Source: an uncultured cyanobacterium (lineage in GTDB: Bacteria > Cyanobacteriota > Cyanobacteriia > Cyanobacteriales > Nostocaceae). Taken from it: a stretch of DNA of 64,000 nucleotides. The stretch is from the NCBI GenBank assembly GCA_963740315.1, contig CAVUDP010000001.1, positions 1,216,001-1,280,000 of the forward strand, given 5' to 3'. Positions 10,120 through 20,057 of this stretch are shown one piece after another; the stretch's first letter is position 1, and every line of letters begins with the position of its first letter. Under the pieces are notes generated by a model. It was not told the DNA's origin and did not search any database. It was given only the letters and a program-made list of their open reading frames with translations. The position numbers and the translations under genes were made by a program.

Positions 10120-11442
10120 TTATGCAATACTCCCTCTCTTCCGTGCTTCTTTGTAAGAAGTTCCGACATTTTTCAAGCCAGCTTTAATCATTTGTCGTTC
10201 CAGTAAACCGAAGAAACGAGAGCGATCGCCACCTCTGACAACTGCTTGGTTGTGCGATTCTGCTAAGGCTACCGGATAACCATAGCCTTTATGAACTTGC
10301 GCCAGCATTAACCCCAAGGATTCCTCAAACATTTCAGTATTTTCTACTACCCATTCCGGAAATTCTACCCGTGCTATTTCCATGCCCACGTGAACGTAGC
10401 AAAAGTAAATTTGCTGCGAATCATATAAATCTAAAATCCGGGAATTACTCTTCCATAAAGGACTGCGCTGTCCGGGTTTGAGTTGAGTTGACCATAAAGT
10501 ACTATCTCGCAATCCTTCAAACAACTTACAAGGAATCTTCTCCATTTGATCGGGGCAAAAACTCATACAATCCGGTGCTTTATAAGGACAAGCCGACAAC
10601 CGGAAAAAATTCATCCCCTCAATACTCCGCGAAGCACTCAGATAACCCATCAAAGGAATACCCGCTGCCCGTAAATCCTTCCAAGACTCCAAAATCGGCG
10701 GTAAAATATGTTCCCTAGCATCGTAAGGCAACTGATCCAAAAACCAGTAAATTAGCGAACCATCTACCATTGCTAATGTAGGTATTCTTTCTGAGGGGGT
10801 AGAGGGGGTAGAAATTTCTTCTACATTATCCCCTTGTCCCCTTGTCTCCTTGTCCCCTTGTCCCCTTGTCTCCTTGTCCCCTTCTCTCCCTATCTCCCCA
10901 TCTCCCCCTCTCCCCATCTCCCCATCTTTCCCTTTCCCCATCGCTGCGATCGCTAACTCCGCCAACACCACAGCTTCACTCGCGGTACGTCGATAACTCA
11001 TCCATTCTTCGGTTCTAATTCCCCATTGACGAGACATATACAAATCTTCGGGGCGGTAAAATATCTCCGGTAAACTATCTAGAATCGGGTGTTTATTTTG
11101 TCCGTAATGCAATACAACTCTACCGATATTTAATAGATAACAATAAGCAATTTCGTGGTGATTTGGCGCAATTTGGGAACCGTCAGTAGCGATGACAGTA
11201 TGAACTTTTGGGGGAACCATAATATCAATACAGGTATGTAGCGGTTCCACCGGAGTTGCATTCGCAAACAAAATGCGATCGCGCCATTTTTGTTGAATTT
11301 TAACTAACTCATTTTGATTATCAAAAGCATATTCAAGATGTTTCATCCCCAGTTGCAAACGCTGACGATTCGCTTCAGCTTCAGCCGTCAAATGTTGACT
11401 CAAACCACGCATTTGTCCGGCAAGTTTACTAAGATCCAGCAT
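10120..11442 (-). CDS. nurA: NurA-family DNA double-strand break repair nuclease, with a repeat-derived insert
   Basis: ATDGSQ, VDGSL, ARVEFP and GYPVALAESHNQAVV motifs. Confidence 0.88.
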   Translation of the reverse strand: MLDLSKLAGQMRGLSQHLTAEAEANRQRLQLGMKHLEYAFDNQNELVKIQQKWRDRILFANATPVEPLHTCIDIMVPPKVHTVIATDGSQIAPNHHEIAYCYLLNIGRVVLHYGQNKHPILDSLPEIFYRPEDLYMSRQWGIRTEEWMSYRRTASEAVVLAELAIAAMGKGKDGEMGRGGDGEIGREGDKETRGQGDKETRGQGDNVEEISTPSTPSERIPTLAMVDGSLIYWFLDQLPYDAREHILPPILESWKDLRAAGIPLMGYLSASRSIEGMNFFRLSACPYKAPDCMSFCPDQMEKIPCKLFEGLRDSTLWSTQLKPGQRSPLWKSNSRILDLYDSQQIYFCYVHVGMEIARVEFPEWVVENTEMFEESLGLMLAQVHKGYGYPVALAESHNQAVVRGGDRSRFFGLLERQMIKAGLKNVGTSYKEARKRGSIA

Positions 11443-11657
11443 AAGTTTAGTTAGGAGCTATAGAATTTTATATTTTAACAACGGATGCTTTTGTTTTAGA
11501 TTGAAGATAAAGAGTTAGGAGTTAGGAGTTAGGAATTAGGAGTTAGGAGTTATAAATAAAGATTTATAAGTTAATAATTAATCTTTTGATTTCTACCCCC
11601 TCTTCCCCCTCTTCCCCCTCTCCCCCCTCTCCCCCCTCTCCATTTTTCAATACCCAG

Positions 11658-12446
11658 TTATCTTTGCCATTCATCAAAGTCTTGGGTAAATTGAGCTAGC
11701 GATATCAACTGAATTCGCATATCTTTTTGAGCGGTTTCTCTTTCTTTGGGGATATTATAACCCCAGTCAGCAAGAAATAATTCTACGTCTTGTAAGTCGG
11801 TTTGCTCTTTAACTTTTTGTAACGTTTTTATCCTGTCTTCTACAAACCATAAACTAACTGTTGAATGGTTAGATTCTTGCTTTAATTCTCTTAATATTTC
11901 ATATTTAGGACGCTTTTCTTCTTTACCAAAAATTGCTTCTTGGGGTAAATCAAAACCGGCTTTATTTAATAGTTCTTTGACAAAACGTCCTTCTTTAGTT
12001 GTAACTATATACAGTGCAATTTGAGTATTGTAAACATTTTTAATTCTTTCCACTACTCCCGGATAAAATTTATGCAGACTCAGCCAACCATCCTTATCTG
12101 TAGCTATCCATTCATCGCGCTGTTTATCTAACGTATCGGCAATTTCTTGGGCTGCAAAATCATCTTGTCGGAGAATTTTGTGGGAAATATTATGCCAGTC
12201 TTGCAGAATTGTTTCTTCCTCAAATCCTTGTAATAATGCTTTAATTAAAACAGGCATTTCCCAACCAGTTTCAATTACTGGGCGGAGTCGATAAAATTTA
12301 TTAGCTAATTCTTCTGTTTGCGTTTGATTAGCACAAGACCAAACTTTACAGTAAGTACGCCAAGCTACCTGAAAGTATTCTATCAGTCCGTTACAGATTA
12401 CACCATCAAAGTCGAGAGCTAAAATTGTCGGGCTAATTGCGGTCAT
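11658..12446 (-). CDS. HAD-superfamily hydrolase
   Basis: Motif I LDFDGV, motif II VTTK and motif IV FVEDR. Confidence 0.88.
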   Translation of the reverse strand: MTAISPTILALDFDGVICNGLIEYFQVAWRTYCKVWSCANQTQTEELANKFYRLRPVIETGWEMPVLIKALLQGFEEETILQDWHNISHKILRQDDFAAQEIADTLDKQRDEWIATDKDGWLSLHKFYPGVVERIKNVYNTQIALYIVTTKEGRFVKELLNKAGFDLPQEAIFGKEEKRPKYEILRELKQESNHSTVSLWFVEDRIKTLQKVKEQTDLQDVELFLADWGYNIPKERETAQKDMRIQLISLAQFTQDFDEWQR

Positions 12447-12661
12447 TTTGTGAGTTTGCGAAACTGCTTTTGTAAGCTTATCTAATTTGGGAGCTTATCT
12501 GTACCTTTATTTTTGAAATCTTACTACCGTCGAAGAAGTTAGAATTAATCAAAATTGTGGAGAAGCGATAAATCGCTTACTACGAACCAGGAATAAGTTA
12601 TTGTAGTGCGGGCATATTATTTGTTTAGCCCCCCTTCAATAAGGGGGGTTGGGGGGATATT

Positions 12662-14470
12662 CTACAATTCTTCAGTAATCGTCACTTCTTTAGAAAGATA
12701 TTTAAACCAAGTAAAATACAAGGCAATTGAAAGCACAATAAACACCGCTAACAAAATACCAAAAGTATCCCAACGCTTCATCATGAAGGTAATTCCCAAC
12801 ATAAATAAAGTCAATTGCCAGGGAATTGCGATAAATGTAGAAAAAATATCGCGGCGATTTTCATTTTTAATTTTCTGCTGAATGTTCGCTGGCAGATTTT
12901 TCCGCACGATTCCCCAAAAACCAAATGGTCTGGTAACTTTATAGAAGTTATCTATTACTTGTAAATCTGTGGGTTCTGTTAAAAATGTACCGATGATGCA
13001 GCCAATAAACGAGGAAATACTAGGAATTAAAAACAAAGCATATTCCTGATACTGTTGATTTAAACTTGCAGCTACAAATAGTTTAGTTGCTATGGCTGCT
13101 AACATTCCCGCGACAGTACCAGCAGCAAATCCATAACCGTTAAAACGCCACCAATACCACCTCAATACTAAAGGAATTGATAACCCCGCACCCAATCCCA
13201 AAGTCAGCCATCCCCAAATTTCGTTAATATTTTTAATCTGGTAACTAAAGAGCATTCCTACAACTACAATTACCACGGATGCCAAACGACTTTGGGTAAG
13301 TAACTGTCGGTTATTAGCTTGGGGATTGAGATATGCTTGATAAATATCTTTTACCCAGTATGCAGCGCTGGAATTAATAATTGAGTCAAAAGTAGACATC
13401 GCCGCCGCAATAAAACAAGCTATCAACAATCCTTTAATTCCTACTGGCACGTATTCCCCAATTACCGTAGGTAAAATCAATTCGGGGTCTGATATAACAC
13501 CTTGAGTTGCGCCGTAGTGGATGCCCAACATCGCAAAAGCGGTAACGAGGGGCCAGCGAAACGAAAGTAGAAGAATCCAAAACAAAGAAAGTAAACCTGC
13601 TTCTCTATCGTTTCTAGCAGCGAAGTAACGTTGTACCATATAGCCCCCACCGCCGCCAACACCTGCCAGACACTCTTTTAAAAGATAAAAGAAAATTACT
13701 CCACCGAATAAGTTAAATACCGAATAGTCACCCGGTAAATTTAAAGTTAAAGACGGTGAAATACTGCTCCAGTCGGCAAAATTCCACTGCTGTTGTACAA
13801 AACTATCGCCAGCAGGAATCGAAACTGAAAATGTTTCGGGGATAGTTGCAATTTGCAGAGCCAAAACACAAACGTAAATTATCGCGACAAAAATCAAAAT
13901 GCCTTGAAAAACATCAGTCCAAACAACACCGTAAAAACCACTAGCCGCCGTGTATACCAAAGCCAGAGTAACCAGCGCGATCGAAGCGTATTCATCGCTA
14001 ATACCGAGAAATTGACCTAAAAATTTACCACCAGCAAGAGTAAAAAAACTCATCGCACCCACCGCAAACATCAAATTTGCGATCGCGCTGATAATCCGAG
14101 CCGTATTTCCTTCCCTTCCTTCACCAAAACGGAATCGCATCCATTCAGCTAGCGTCATTACCTGAGCGCGACGATTCCATTTACCCATGAAAATCATCAA
14201 AATCGCCATGATTAACACCACACCACCGCGAATTTCGATAAAAAATCCTTTGGCACCCACCGCGTAAATCAAAGCGCTGATAATCATCGTACCCGCCAAA
14301 TCGGTATTCGATGCCATCCCCGAAGCACCCAAAACCCACCAAGGCATATTGCGGTTGCCCAAAAAATAGGAATCGATACCCGCAGAAGCTTTTCTTTCCA
14401 GATAAAGCCCAAATATAACTATAGAAATTAGGTAAACAGCGATAATTAAATAATCAACTAGCTGTAGCAT
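12662..14470 (-). CDS. Sodium:solute symporter family protein
   Basis: YFLGNR, VVWTDVFQG, QRYFAA and AAAMSTFDS, with many TM helices. Confidence 0.93.
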   Translation of the reverse strand: MLQLVDYLIIAVYLISIVIFGLYLERKASAGIDSYFLGNRNMPWWVLGASGMASNTDLAGTMIISALIYAVGAKGFFIEIRGGVVLIMAILMIFMGKWNRRAQVMTLAEWMRFRFGEGREGNTARIISAIANLMFAVGAMSFFTLAGGKFLGQFLGISDEYASIALVTLALVYTAASGFYGVVWTDVFQGILIFVAIIYVCVLALQIATIPETFSVSIPAGDSFVQQQWNFADWSSISPSLTLNLPGDYSVFNLFGGVIFFYLLKECLAGVGGGGGYMVQRYFAARNDREAGLLSLFWILLLSFRWPLVTAFAMLGIHYGATQGVISDPELILPTVIGEYVPVGIKGLLIACFIAAAMSTFDSIINSSAAYWVKDIYQAYLNPQANNRQLLTQSRLASVVIVVVGMLFSYQIKNINEIWGWLTLGLGAGLSIPLVLRWYWWRFNGYGFAAGTVAGMLAAIATKLFVAASLNQQYQEYALFLIPSISSFIGCIIGTFLTEPTDLQVIDNFYKVTRPFGFWGIVRKNLPANIQQKIKNENRRDIFSTFIAIPWQLTLFMLGITFMMKRWDTFGILLAVFIVLSIALYFTWFKYLSKEVTITEEL

Positions 14471-14583
14471 GAATTTTTAAGCTTAATGCGATAGTAAGTA
14501 ATAACAGGGAAGATACAGTAAACTCCTGTTTGCATCAAGTCTGTTATTTGACGGTTTGGGTTTCCGTTGCTGTGGAATCAAAT

Positions 14584-14613
14584 GCCCTCACCCTCGAAGG
14601 GTGGGGAACCACA
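14584..14613. repeat. Short dispersed element GCCCTCACCCTCGAAGGGTGGGGAACCACA
   Basis: An exact inverted copy lies at 33335-33364 and a degenerate copy at about 5333-5360. Confidence 0.8.
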
Positions 14614-14729
14614 AATACGAATCCTACCTTACGGTGGGCTGTCTCTCCTCTTCTCGTATCTTTGCGTTGAAAAAAGGATTAAATTAAATTCCCTAATACA
14701 AACTAAAGCTGACTACACTCTTGCTTTAA

Positions 14730-14996
14730 TTAACTTTTATGTTTATAAATATTGCTACGATGTCCTACTTCTACAACAGTTATTAATAAAACGTCATCAA
14801 AAATATCATACAAAATACGATAGTCGCCTACTCGAATACGATAACCGTTTTCTCGACCTTTAAGCTTTTTAACTCCATCTGGACGAGGCTCTATAGCTAA
14901 GTTGTCAATTCTATCTTGTATGCGCTCTTGTAGTTCTGATGATAACTTTTTAATTTGTTTAGATGCACTCTTAGAAATTTTAATTTCGTAACTCAC
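14730..14996 (-). CDS. relE: RelE/ParE-family toxin
   Basis: 88 aa with PRPDGVKKLKG, YRIRVGDYRILY and VGHR. Its GTG start overlaps the antitoxin stop. Confidence 0.93.
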   Translation of the reverse strand: MSYEIKISKSASKQIKKLSSELQERIQDRIDNLAIEPRPDGVKKLKGRENGYRIRVGDYRILYDIFDDVLLITVVEVGHRSNIYKHKS

Positions 14997-15229
14997 GCGA
15001 CATCCTTTTTAATTTCTTGCATCTCTTTTTTCACTTCTTCCCAAGGTACAGTGCCATTATGACCTATATCTTCTTTACCTTTTTCGTAAGCTTTCAAATC
15101 ATTTTCATCTTCTTCATCTTCGATTTTTTGGAGTAATGCACAAATTTCGTCTAGTGTACTGTCGTATGCTTGATTTAACAGTACGTTAATAGTATCGATT
15201 AATTCTTTTCTTTCACGTTCGGTTTTCAT
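14993..15229 (-). CDS. Putative cognate antitoxin
   Basis: Small acidic protein directly upstream of relE with a 4-nt overlap. The C-terminal GTVPWEEVKKE is typical of RelB-like partners. Confidence 0.8.
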   Translation of the reverse strand: MKTERERKELIDTINVLLNQAYDSTLDEICALLQKIEDEEDENDLKAYEKGKEDIGHNGTVPWEEVKKEMQEIKKDVA

Positions 15230-15348
15230 TTTTATCTATAAGAAGGTTAGGGGAATTATATCTAAATTTCGGACCCTACAAATACTCAATTTTTTCAAGA
15301 TCCAAATCGGATTCCTATATTAGGTATAGTGATAGAGCAAAACTCGCT

Positions 15349-16194
15349 TTAACTCTTCTTCTGTATATTCGTCAACACACCATGAGCGGGACTAAATAAC
15401 AAAGATAATACAAATAATCCCGATACAACTAACACGATCGCAGGACCAGAAGGTAAATTATAAAAGTAGCTTAAATACATTCCGCTGATACTGGAAATAA
15501 CTCCAATTATTGCACCTAATATCATCACTTCATGCAACCGTTTAACTAATAAATAAGCCGTCGCTCCCGGCGTTATCAATAAAGATAAAACTAATATTAC
15601 GCCTACAGCTTTCAAACTAGCAACAATTGTTAAAGCAATAATCACCATCAACCCAAAATTTAAGCGATTTACCGGCAAACCCGCAGCTTGCGCTCCCAAT
15701 GGATCGAAAGTGTAAAATAATAATTCTTTATATAGTAAAAATACGACTATTAGCACAACAGCCGCAATTACAGCAATATCCCGCATATCTGAAACCGTAA
15801 CGCCGAGAATATTACCAAAAAGAAAGTGATTTAAATCGATTTTATTATCCTTCTGAACAATAGTAATTAACGTCACCCCCAAAGCAAAAAACGCTGAGAA
15901 CACAATTCCCATCGCCGCATCTTCCTTAATTGGCGATCGCGTTCTAATCCAGGTTATCACCATCGTGCTGAGAACCCCCGCAATAAAGGCTCCCACAAAA
16001 ATATTCATCCCCAAAATAAAAGCCACAGCCAAACCCGGTAGCACCGAATGACTAATAGCATCACCCAGCAAAGCCAACCGCTGCACCATCAAATAACTAC
16101 CAACAACCGCACACAGCAAACCCACCAAAACAGCAACAATCAGCGATCGTTGCATAAAGCTGTATTTTAACGGTTCGATTAACGCTTCAAACAT
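15349..16194 (-). CDS. mntB: Mn2+ ABC transporter permease
   Basis: ABC-3 motifs GDAISHSVLPG, HFLFGNILG and TFDP. Confidence 0.88.
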   Translation of the reverse strand: MFEALIEPLKYSFMQRSLIVAVLVGLLCAVVGSYLMVQRLALLGDAISHSVLPGLAVAFILGMNIFVGAFIAGVLSTMVITWIRTRSPIKEDAAMGIVFSAFFALGVTLITIVQKDNKIDLNHFLFGNILGVTVSDMRDIAVIAAVVLIVVFLLYKELLFYTFDPLGAQAAGLPVNRLNFGLMVIIALTIVASLKAVGVILVLSLLITPGATAYLLVKRLHEVMILGAIIGVISSISGMYLSYFYNLPSGPAIVLVVSGLFVLSLLFSPAHGVLTNIQKKS

Positions 16195-16405
16195 TTTCAG
16201 TTAACAGTGAACAGTGAACAGTTATCAGTTGGGAATAGGGCATTGGGCATAATTAAGAGTTAAGAGTTAGGAGTTAAAAATTATTTCTACCCCCTCTCCC
16301 CAAAGGTTACTGAGCAGTTCGACGTAGCTCACTGTAAGACTTGTCGAAGTACTCCCCATCTCCCCATCTCCCTATCTCCCCATCTCCCCCTCTCCCCCTC
16401 TCCCC
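16195..16405 (-). repeat. Composite repeat spacer (G-array + 57-bp element + heptamer arrays)
   Basis: Read directly. It is an inverted counterpart of 18253-18562. Confidence 0.9.
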
Positions 16406-16406
16406 A

Positions 16407-17216
16407 TCACGCTGCATCTGAAAAGTACATGACTTTCCCACCGTAAGCGCGATATAAATTTTGCTCTGTCAAAACCTGTTTTCTCGAACCTGTAGCAACT
16501 ATCTGGCGGTTTAATAAAATTATGTCGTCGAAGTGGGTAGTTGTTTCGCCTAAGTCGTGGTTAACTACTAAAACGGTTTTTCCGGTGGCTGCTAGTTCGT
16601 GGAAGACTTCAAATAACACCGTTTGAGTTTTTTGATCGATTCCTACAAAGGGTTCGTCGAAACAAAATATTTCTGCTTCCTGTGCCAATGCTCTGGCTAA
16701 AAATACTCGCTGCTGCTGCCCCCCGGAAAGCTGTCCGATCGCACGGTTGCGGTATTCACCCATGCCTACTCTTTGCAGCGCACTTTTTGCTACCCGACGA
16801 CTCACCCCCGAAAACTTCCTCAACCATCCCGTTTTTTTGACTCTTCCCATCATCACTACATCCCATACCGTAGCGGGATAAGTCCAATCGATTTGACTGC
16901 GTTGCGGTACGTAAGCAACTTTTTCTAACTGTTGCGTTAAGGGTTTGCTTTGATATAAAACCGTACCGCTGCTCTCAACTAACCCCAACATTGCCTTCAT
17001 CAAAGTACTTTTACCAGCACCATTGGGACCGTAAATACCCGTCAATCGTCCCGGTTTGATAACACAATTAACATCACAAAGCGCTTCTAGACTGCGATAG
17101 CTTACTCCCACATGGGCTATATTAATGCTCGCATTATGTCGCATCGCCGCATCTTTTAAATGATAGACGCGCTGTTGAGTTGGGTTATCGTCTGGCGAAA
17201 AGTTGACGCTTGGCAT
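16407..17216 (-). CDS. mntA: Mn2+ ABC transporter ATPase
   Basis: Walker A GPNGAGKST, LSGGQ, a DEP Walker B and YVPQR. Confidence 0.88.
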   Translation of the reverse strand: MPSVNFSPDDNPTQQRVYHLKDAAMRHNASINIAHVGVSYRSLEALCDVNCVIKPGRLTGIYGPNGAGKSTLMKAMLGLVESSGTVLYQSKPLTQQLEKVAYVPQRSQIDWTYPATVWDVVMMGRVKKTGWLRKFSGVSRRVAKSALQRVGMGEYRNRAIGQLSGGQQQRVFLARALAQEAEIFCFDEPFVGIDQKTQTVLFEVFHELAATGKTVLVVNHDLGETTTHFDDIILLNRQIVATGSRKQVLTEQNLYRAYGGKVMYFSDAA

Positions 17217-17242
17217 GAGATTATTTCTATAAACGAGCGAAA

Positions 17243-17295
17243 AATGAAAAGATTATGAGAATAATGTAACTTAAAAAATGAAAACATTATGATAA
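17243..17295. promoter_or_regulatory. Two ManR-type direct-repeat boxes (17243-17261 and 17277-17295)
   Basis: AATGAAAAGATTATGAGAA and AATGAAAACATTATGATAA match the (T/A)ATGA(G/A)A(A/G)-N3 direct repeat I recall for Anabaena ManR. They sit in the divergent mntA/mntC spacer. Confidence 0.75.
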
Positions 17296-17310
17296 CTTTT
17301 GATATAAATT

Positions 17311-18252
17311 ATGAAAGCGATCGCTCATTCCCAAGGTAGATATTTGTTGCGTGGGTTATTAGGGATACTTTTAAGCTTGACAGTAAGTGCGTGCGATCGA
17401 GTCGGTTCAGATTCTTCAGAAGATGGTAAACCCGATGTAGTTGCAACCAGTACAATAATTGCCGATTTAACTAAGAATATAGGTGGAGACGAGATTGATT
17501 TAACAAGTATCTTACAACCCGGAGCAGATCCCCACGTATACGAACCAGTACCTAAAGATTCGATTTATTTAGAAGAAGCAGAATTAATTTTATACAACGG
17601 TTATAATCTCGAACCGGGATTAATAAAACTGATAAAAGCAGCAGGTGTAAAAGCCGATAAATTAGCAGTGGGGGAAGTCGTCAAACCCTTACAATTAGAT
17701 AAAGGGGGAAAAACTACAGTACCCGATCCTCATATTTGGGGTGATGCAGAAAACGCGATAAAAATGGCGATCGCGATTCGTGATGCTTTAATTAAATTGT
17801 CGCCAGAAGACAAAGAAAAGTTTACCGAGAATGCAGAAGAATTAATTGACAAATTGAAAGAGTTAGATAATTCCATAACTCAACAAATTGCAACCATTCC
17901 CAAAGAAAGACGAAAGTTAATTACAACCCACGATGCATTTCAATATTACGGACGCGCCTATGATATACCAATCGCAGGAACATTAATAGGTATCAGCACC
18001 GAAGAACAACCAAGCGCCCAAACCGTGAAACAATTAGTAGAAGAAGTGAAGAGAACAGGTGTAAAAGCCATATTCGCCGAAACAACAATCAACCCAGCCT
18101 TAATTAAAACCGTAGCCCAAGAAGCAAACGTCAAACTAGCCCCCCGCGAACTATATTCCGATTCCATCGGCGCACCTGGGAGTGAAGGAGATTCTTATAT
18201 TAAAATGATGCAATCTAATACTCAGGCTATTGTTGAAGCGTTGAGTGAGTGA
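17311..18252 (+). CDS. mntC: Mn2+ ABC transporter substrate-binding lipoprotein
   Basis: Lipobox VSAC, with DPHVYEP, DPHIW, FAE and YSDS providing a His/His/Glu/Asp ligand set. There is no His-rich Zn loop. Confidence 0.88.
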   Translation: MKAIAHSQGRYLLRGLLGILLSLTVSACDRVGSDSSEDGKPDVVATSTIIADLTKNIGGDEIDLTSILQPGADPHVYEPVPKDSIYLEEAELILYNGYNLEPGLIKLIKAAGVKADKLAVGEVVKPLQLDKGGKTTVPDPHIWGDAENAIKMAIAIRDALIKLSPEDKEKFTENAEELIDKLKELDNSITQQIATIPKERRKLITTHDAFQYYGRAYDIPIAGTLIGISTEEQPSAQTVKQLVEEVKRTGVKAIFAETTINPALIKTVAQEANVKLAPRELYSDSIGAPGSEGDSYIKMMQSNTQAIVEALSE

Positions 18253-18562
18253 GAGGATGGGGAGAGGGGGTTCGGGGGAGTACTTCGACAAGTCTTACAG
18301 TGAGCTACGTCGAACTGCTCAGTAACCTTTGGGGTTCGGGGGAGTACTTCGACAAGTCTTACAGTGAGCTACGTCGAACTGCTCAGTAACCTTTGGGGAG
18401 ATGGGGAGAGGGGGAGATAGGGAGATGGGGAGATGGGGAGACAAGGGGAGATCGTTAATTTCTAACTGCTAACAACTAACAACTAACAACTAACTCCTAA
18501 CTCCTAATTCCTAACTCTTAACTCTTAACTGGTAACTGTTCACTGTTCACTGTTCACTGAAA
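18253..18562 (+). repeat. Composite repeat spacer with a tandem duplication of the 57-bp element (18278-18334, 18342-18398)
   Basis: Read directly. The period is 64 bp. Confidence 0.9.
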
Positions 18563-19846
18563 ATGCGTCCTATTGCTGTAGATTTATTTGCGGGTGCTGG
18601 GGGGATGACTCTCGGTTTTGAGCAAGCTGGTTTTGATGTGCTTGCTGCTGTGGAATTAGATCCAATTCACTGTGCTATCCATGAATTTAATTTTCCTTTT
18701 TGGTCTATTTTGTGTTCGAGTGTAGAGAATATTTCGGGAGAAGAAATACGAGCGGGTTCTCAAATTCAAAATAGAGAAATCGATGTAGTGTTTGGTGGTT
18801 CTCCCTGTCAAGGATTTTCTACGATCGGGAAACGGGCTTTAGACGATCCCAGAAATAATTTAATGTTTCATTTTTTGCGGTTGATTTTAGAATTACAACC
18901 TAAATATTTTGTATTTGAAAATGTACCGGGATTAACTTTAGGAGAACATAAAAAGTTTTTATCGGAAGTTATTGAAGAGTTTCAAAAAAACGGTTATCAA
19001 GTAGAAGCAAATTACCGAGTTCTTAACGCGACTAATTACGGAGTTCCTCAAGATAGAGCCAGATTATTTCTTTTAGGATGTCGCCAAGGTTTAAAGTTAC
19101 CAAAATATCCCCAACCAATTACTAAACCCAAATCAAAGAAATCAAAATATATTGTAAGTAACATAGATTTACCAGCAACACCTACAGTGTGGGATGCGAT
19201 CGGAGATTTACCAGAAGTTGAAAATTATACGGAATTAATAAATAGAGATTGGGTAATAGCTGAATATGGTAAATCGAGTCACTACAGCAGTAAATTACGC
19301 GGATTTTCATCAATTGAAAACAACTATTCCTGTCAACGCTTATTTAATTGCTCTTATTTAACTTCTAGCAGTCGTACAAAACATAGTTCGCAAACTATCG
19401 CCAGATTCCAACAAACCGAACCCGGTAAAAGTGAACCAGTTAGCCATTTTTATAAATTAGCCATAGATGGTGTTTGTAATACTCTGAGGGCTGGAACACC
19501 CAGTAACCGAGGCGCTTTCACCTCTCCACGTCCAATTCATCCCATAACACCACGATGTATTACCGTTAGAGAAGCAGCACGATTGCATTCTTACCCCGAC
19601 TGGTTTCGTTTCCACGTGACAAAATGGCATGGATTTCGACAAATAGGAAACTCAGTTCCACCTTTTTTAGCTAAAGCGATCGCAACAGAAATTATTCGTG
19701 CGTTAGAAATAATTCCATTTAAGCCACAAGAACAAATGCGGTTGGGTTCGGATAGCTTGTTACAATTAAATATGTCTCAAGCTGCTAAAATATTCGGAGT
19801 TGCCGAAAATATTATTGAACCGAGAAAAAGGAATATAAATCAATAA
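18563..19846 (+). CDS. DNA (cytosine-5)-methyltransferase, apparently orphan
   Basis: FAGAGG (motif I), SPCQGFS (IV), ENV (VI), QDRAR (VIII), REAARL (IX) and QIGNSV (X). Confidence 0.95.
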   Translation: MRPIAVDLFAGAGGMTLGFEQAGFDVLAAVELDPIHCAIHEFNFPFWSILCSSVENISGEEIRAGSQIQNREIDVVFGGSPCQGFSTIGKRALDDPRNNLMFHFLRLILELQPKYFVFENVPGLTLGEHKKFLSEVIEEFQKNGYQVEANYRVLNATNYGVPQDRARLFLLGCRQGLKLPKYPQPITKPKSKKSKYIVSNIDLPATPTVWDAIGDLPEVENYTELINRDWVIAEYGKSSHYSSKLRGFSSIENNYSCQRLFNCSYLTSSSRTKHSSQTIARFQQTEPGKSEPVSHFYKLAIDGVCNTLRAGTPSNRGAFTSPRPIHPITPRCITVREAARLHSYPDWFRFHVTKWHGFRQIGNSVPPFLAKAIATEIIRALEIIPFKPQEQMRLGSDSLLQLNMSQAAKIFGVAENIIEPRKRNINQ

Positions 19847-19894
19847 AATCAATAAAATTATTTTATCTTGAATTAGATACGAAAAAAAATACTT

Positions 19895-20031
19895 TCTCGT
19901 TACAAGGCTCTGCGTTTCTCGTTACAAGGAACCCTTGCTTGTAATGCTTTTCATGAAGGCTCTGCCTTCAGTGAGCAATGAAAGGCAGAGCCTTTCACAA
20001 CTGCGTTACTAGGCTGAGCCTAGTAACGAGA
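19895..20031. repeat. Palindromic REP-like element (CTCGTTAC...GGCTCTGCC...GGCAGAGCC...GTAACGAG)
   Basis: Nested inverted repeats between convergent genes. The left end TTTCTCGTTACAAGG is duplicated. Confidence 0.8.
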
Positions 20032-20057
20032 GTAAAGGTAGGCGGTATACCAATTTC

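Noticed and set aside
18278..18398. Tandem 57-bp repeats as a possible CRISPR array
   Set aside because: There are only two copies with a 7-bp gap, no unique spacers and no cas genes. The same unit is dispersed elsewhere in the window.
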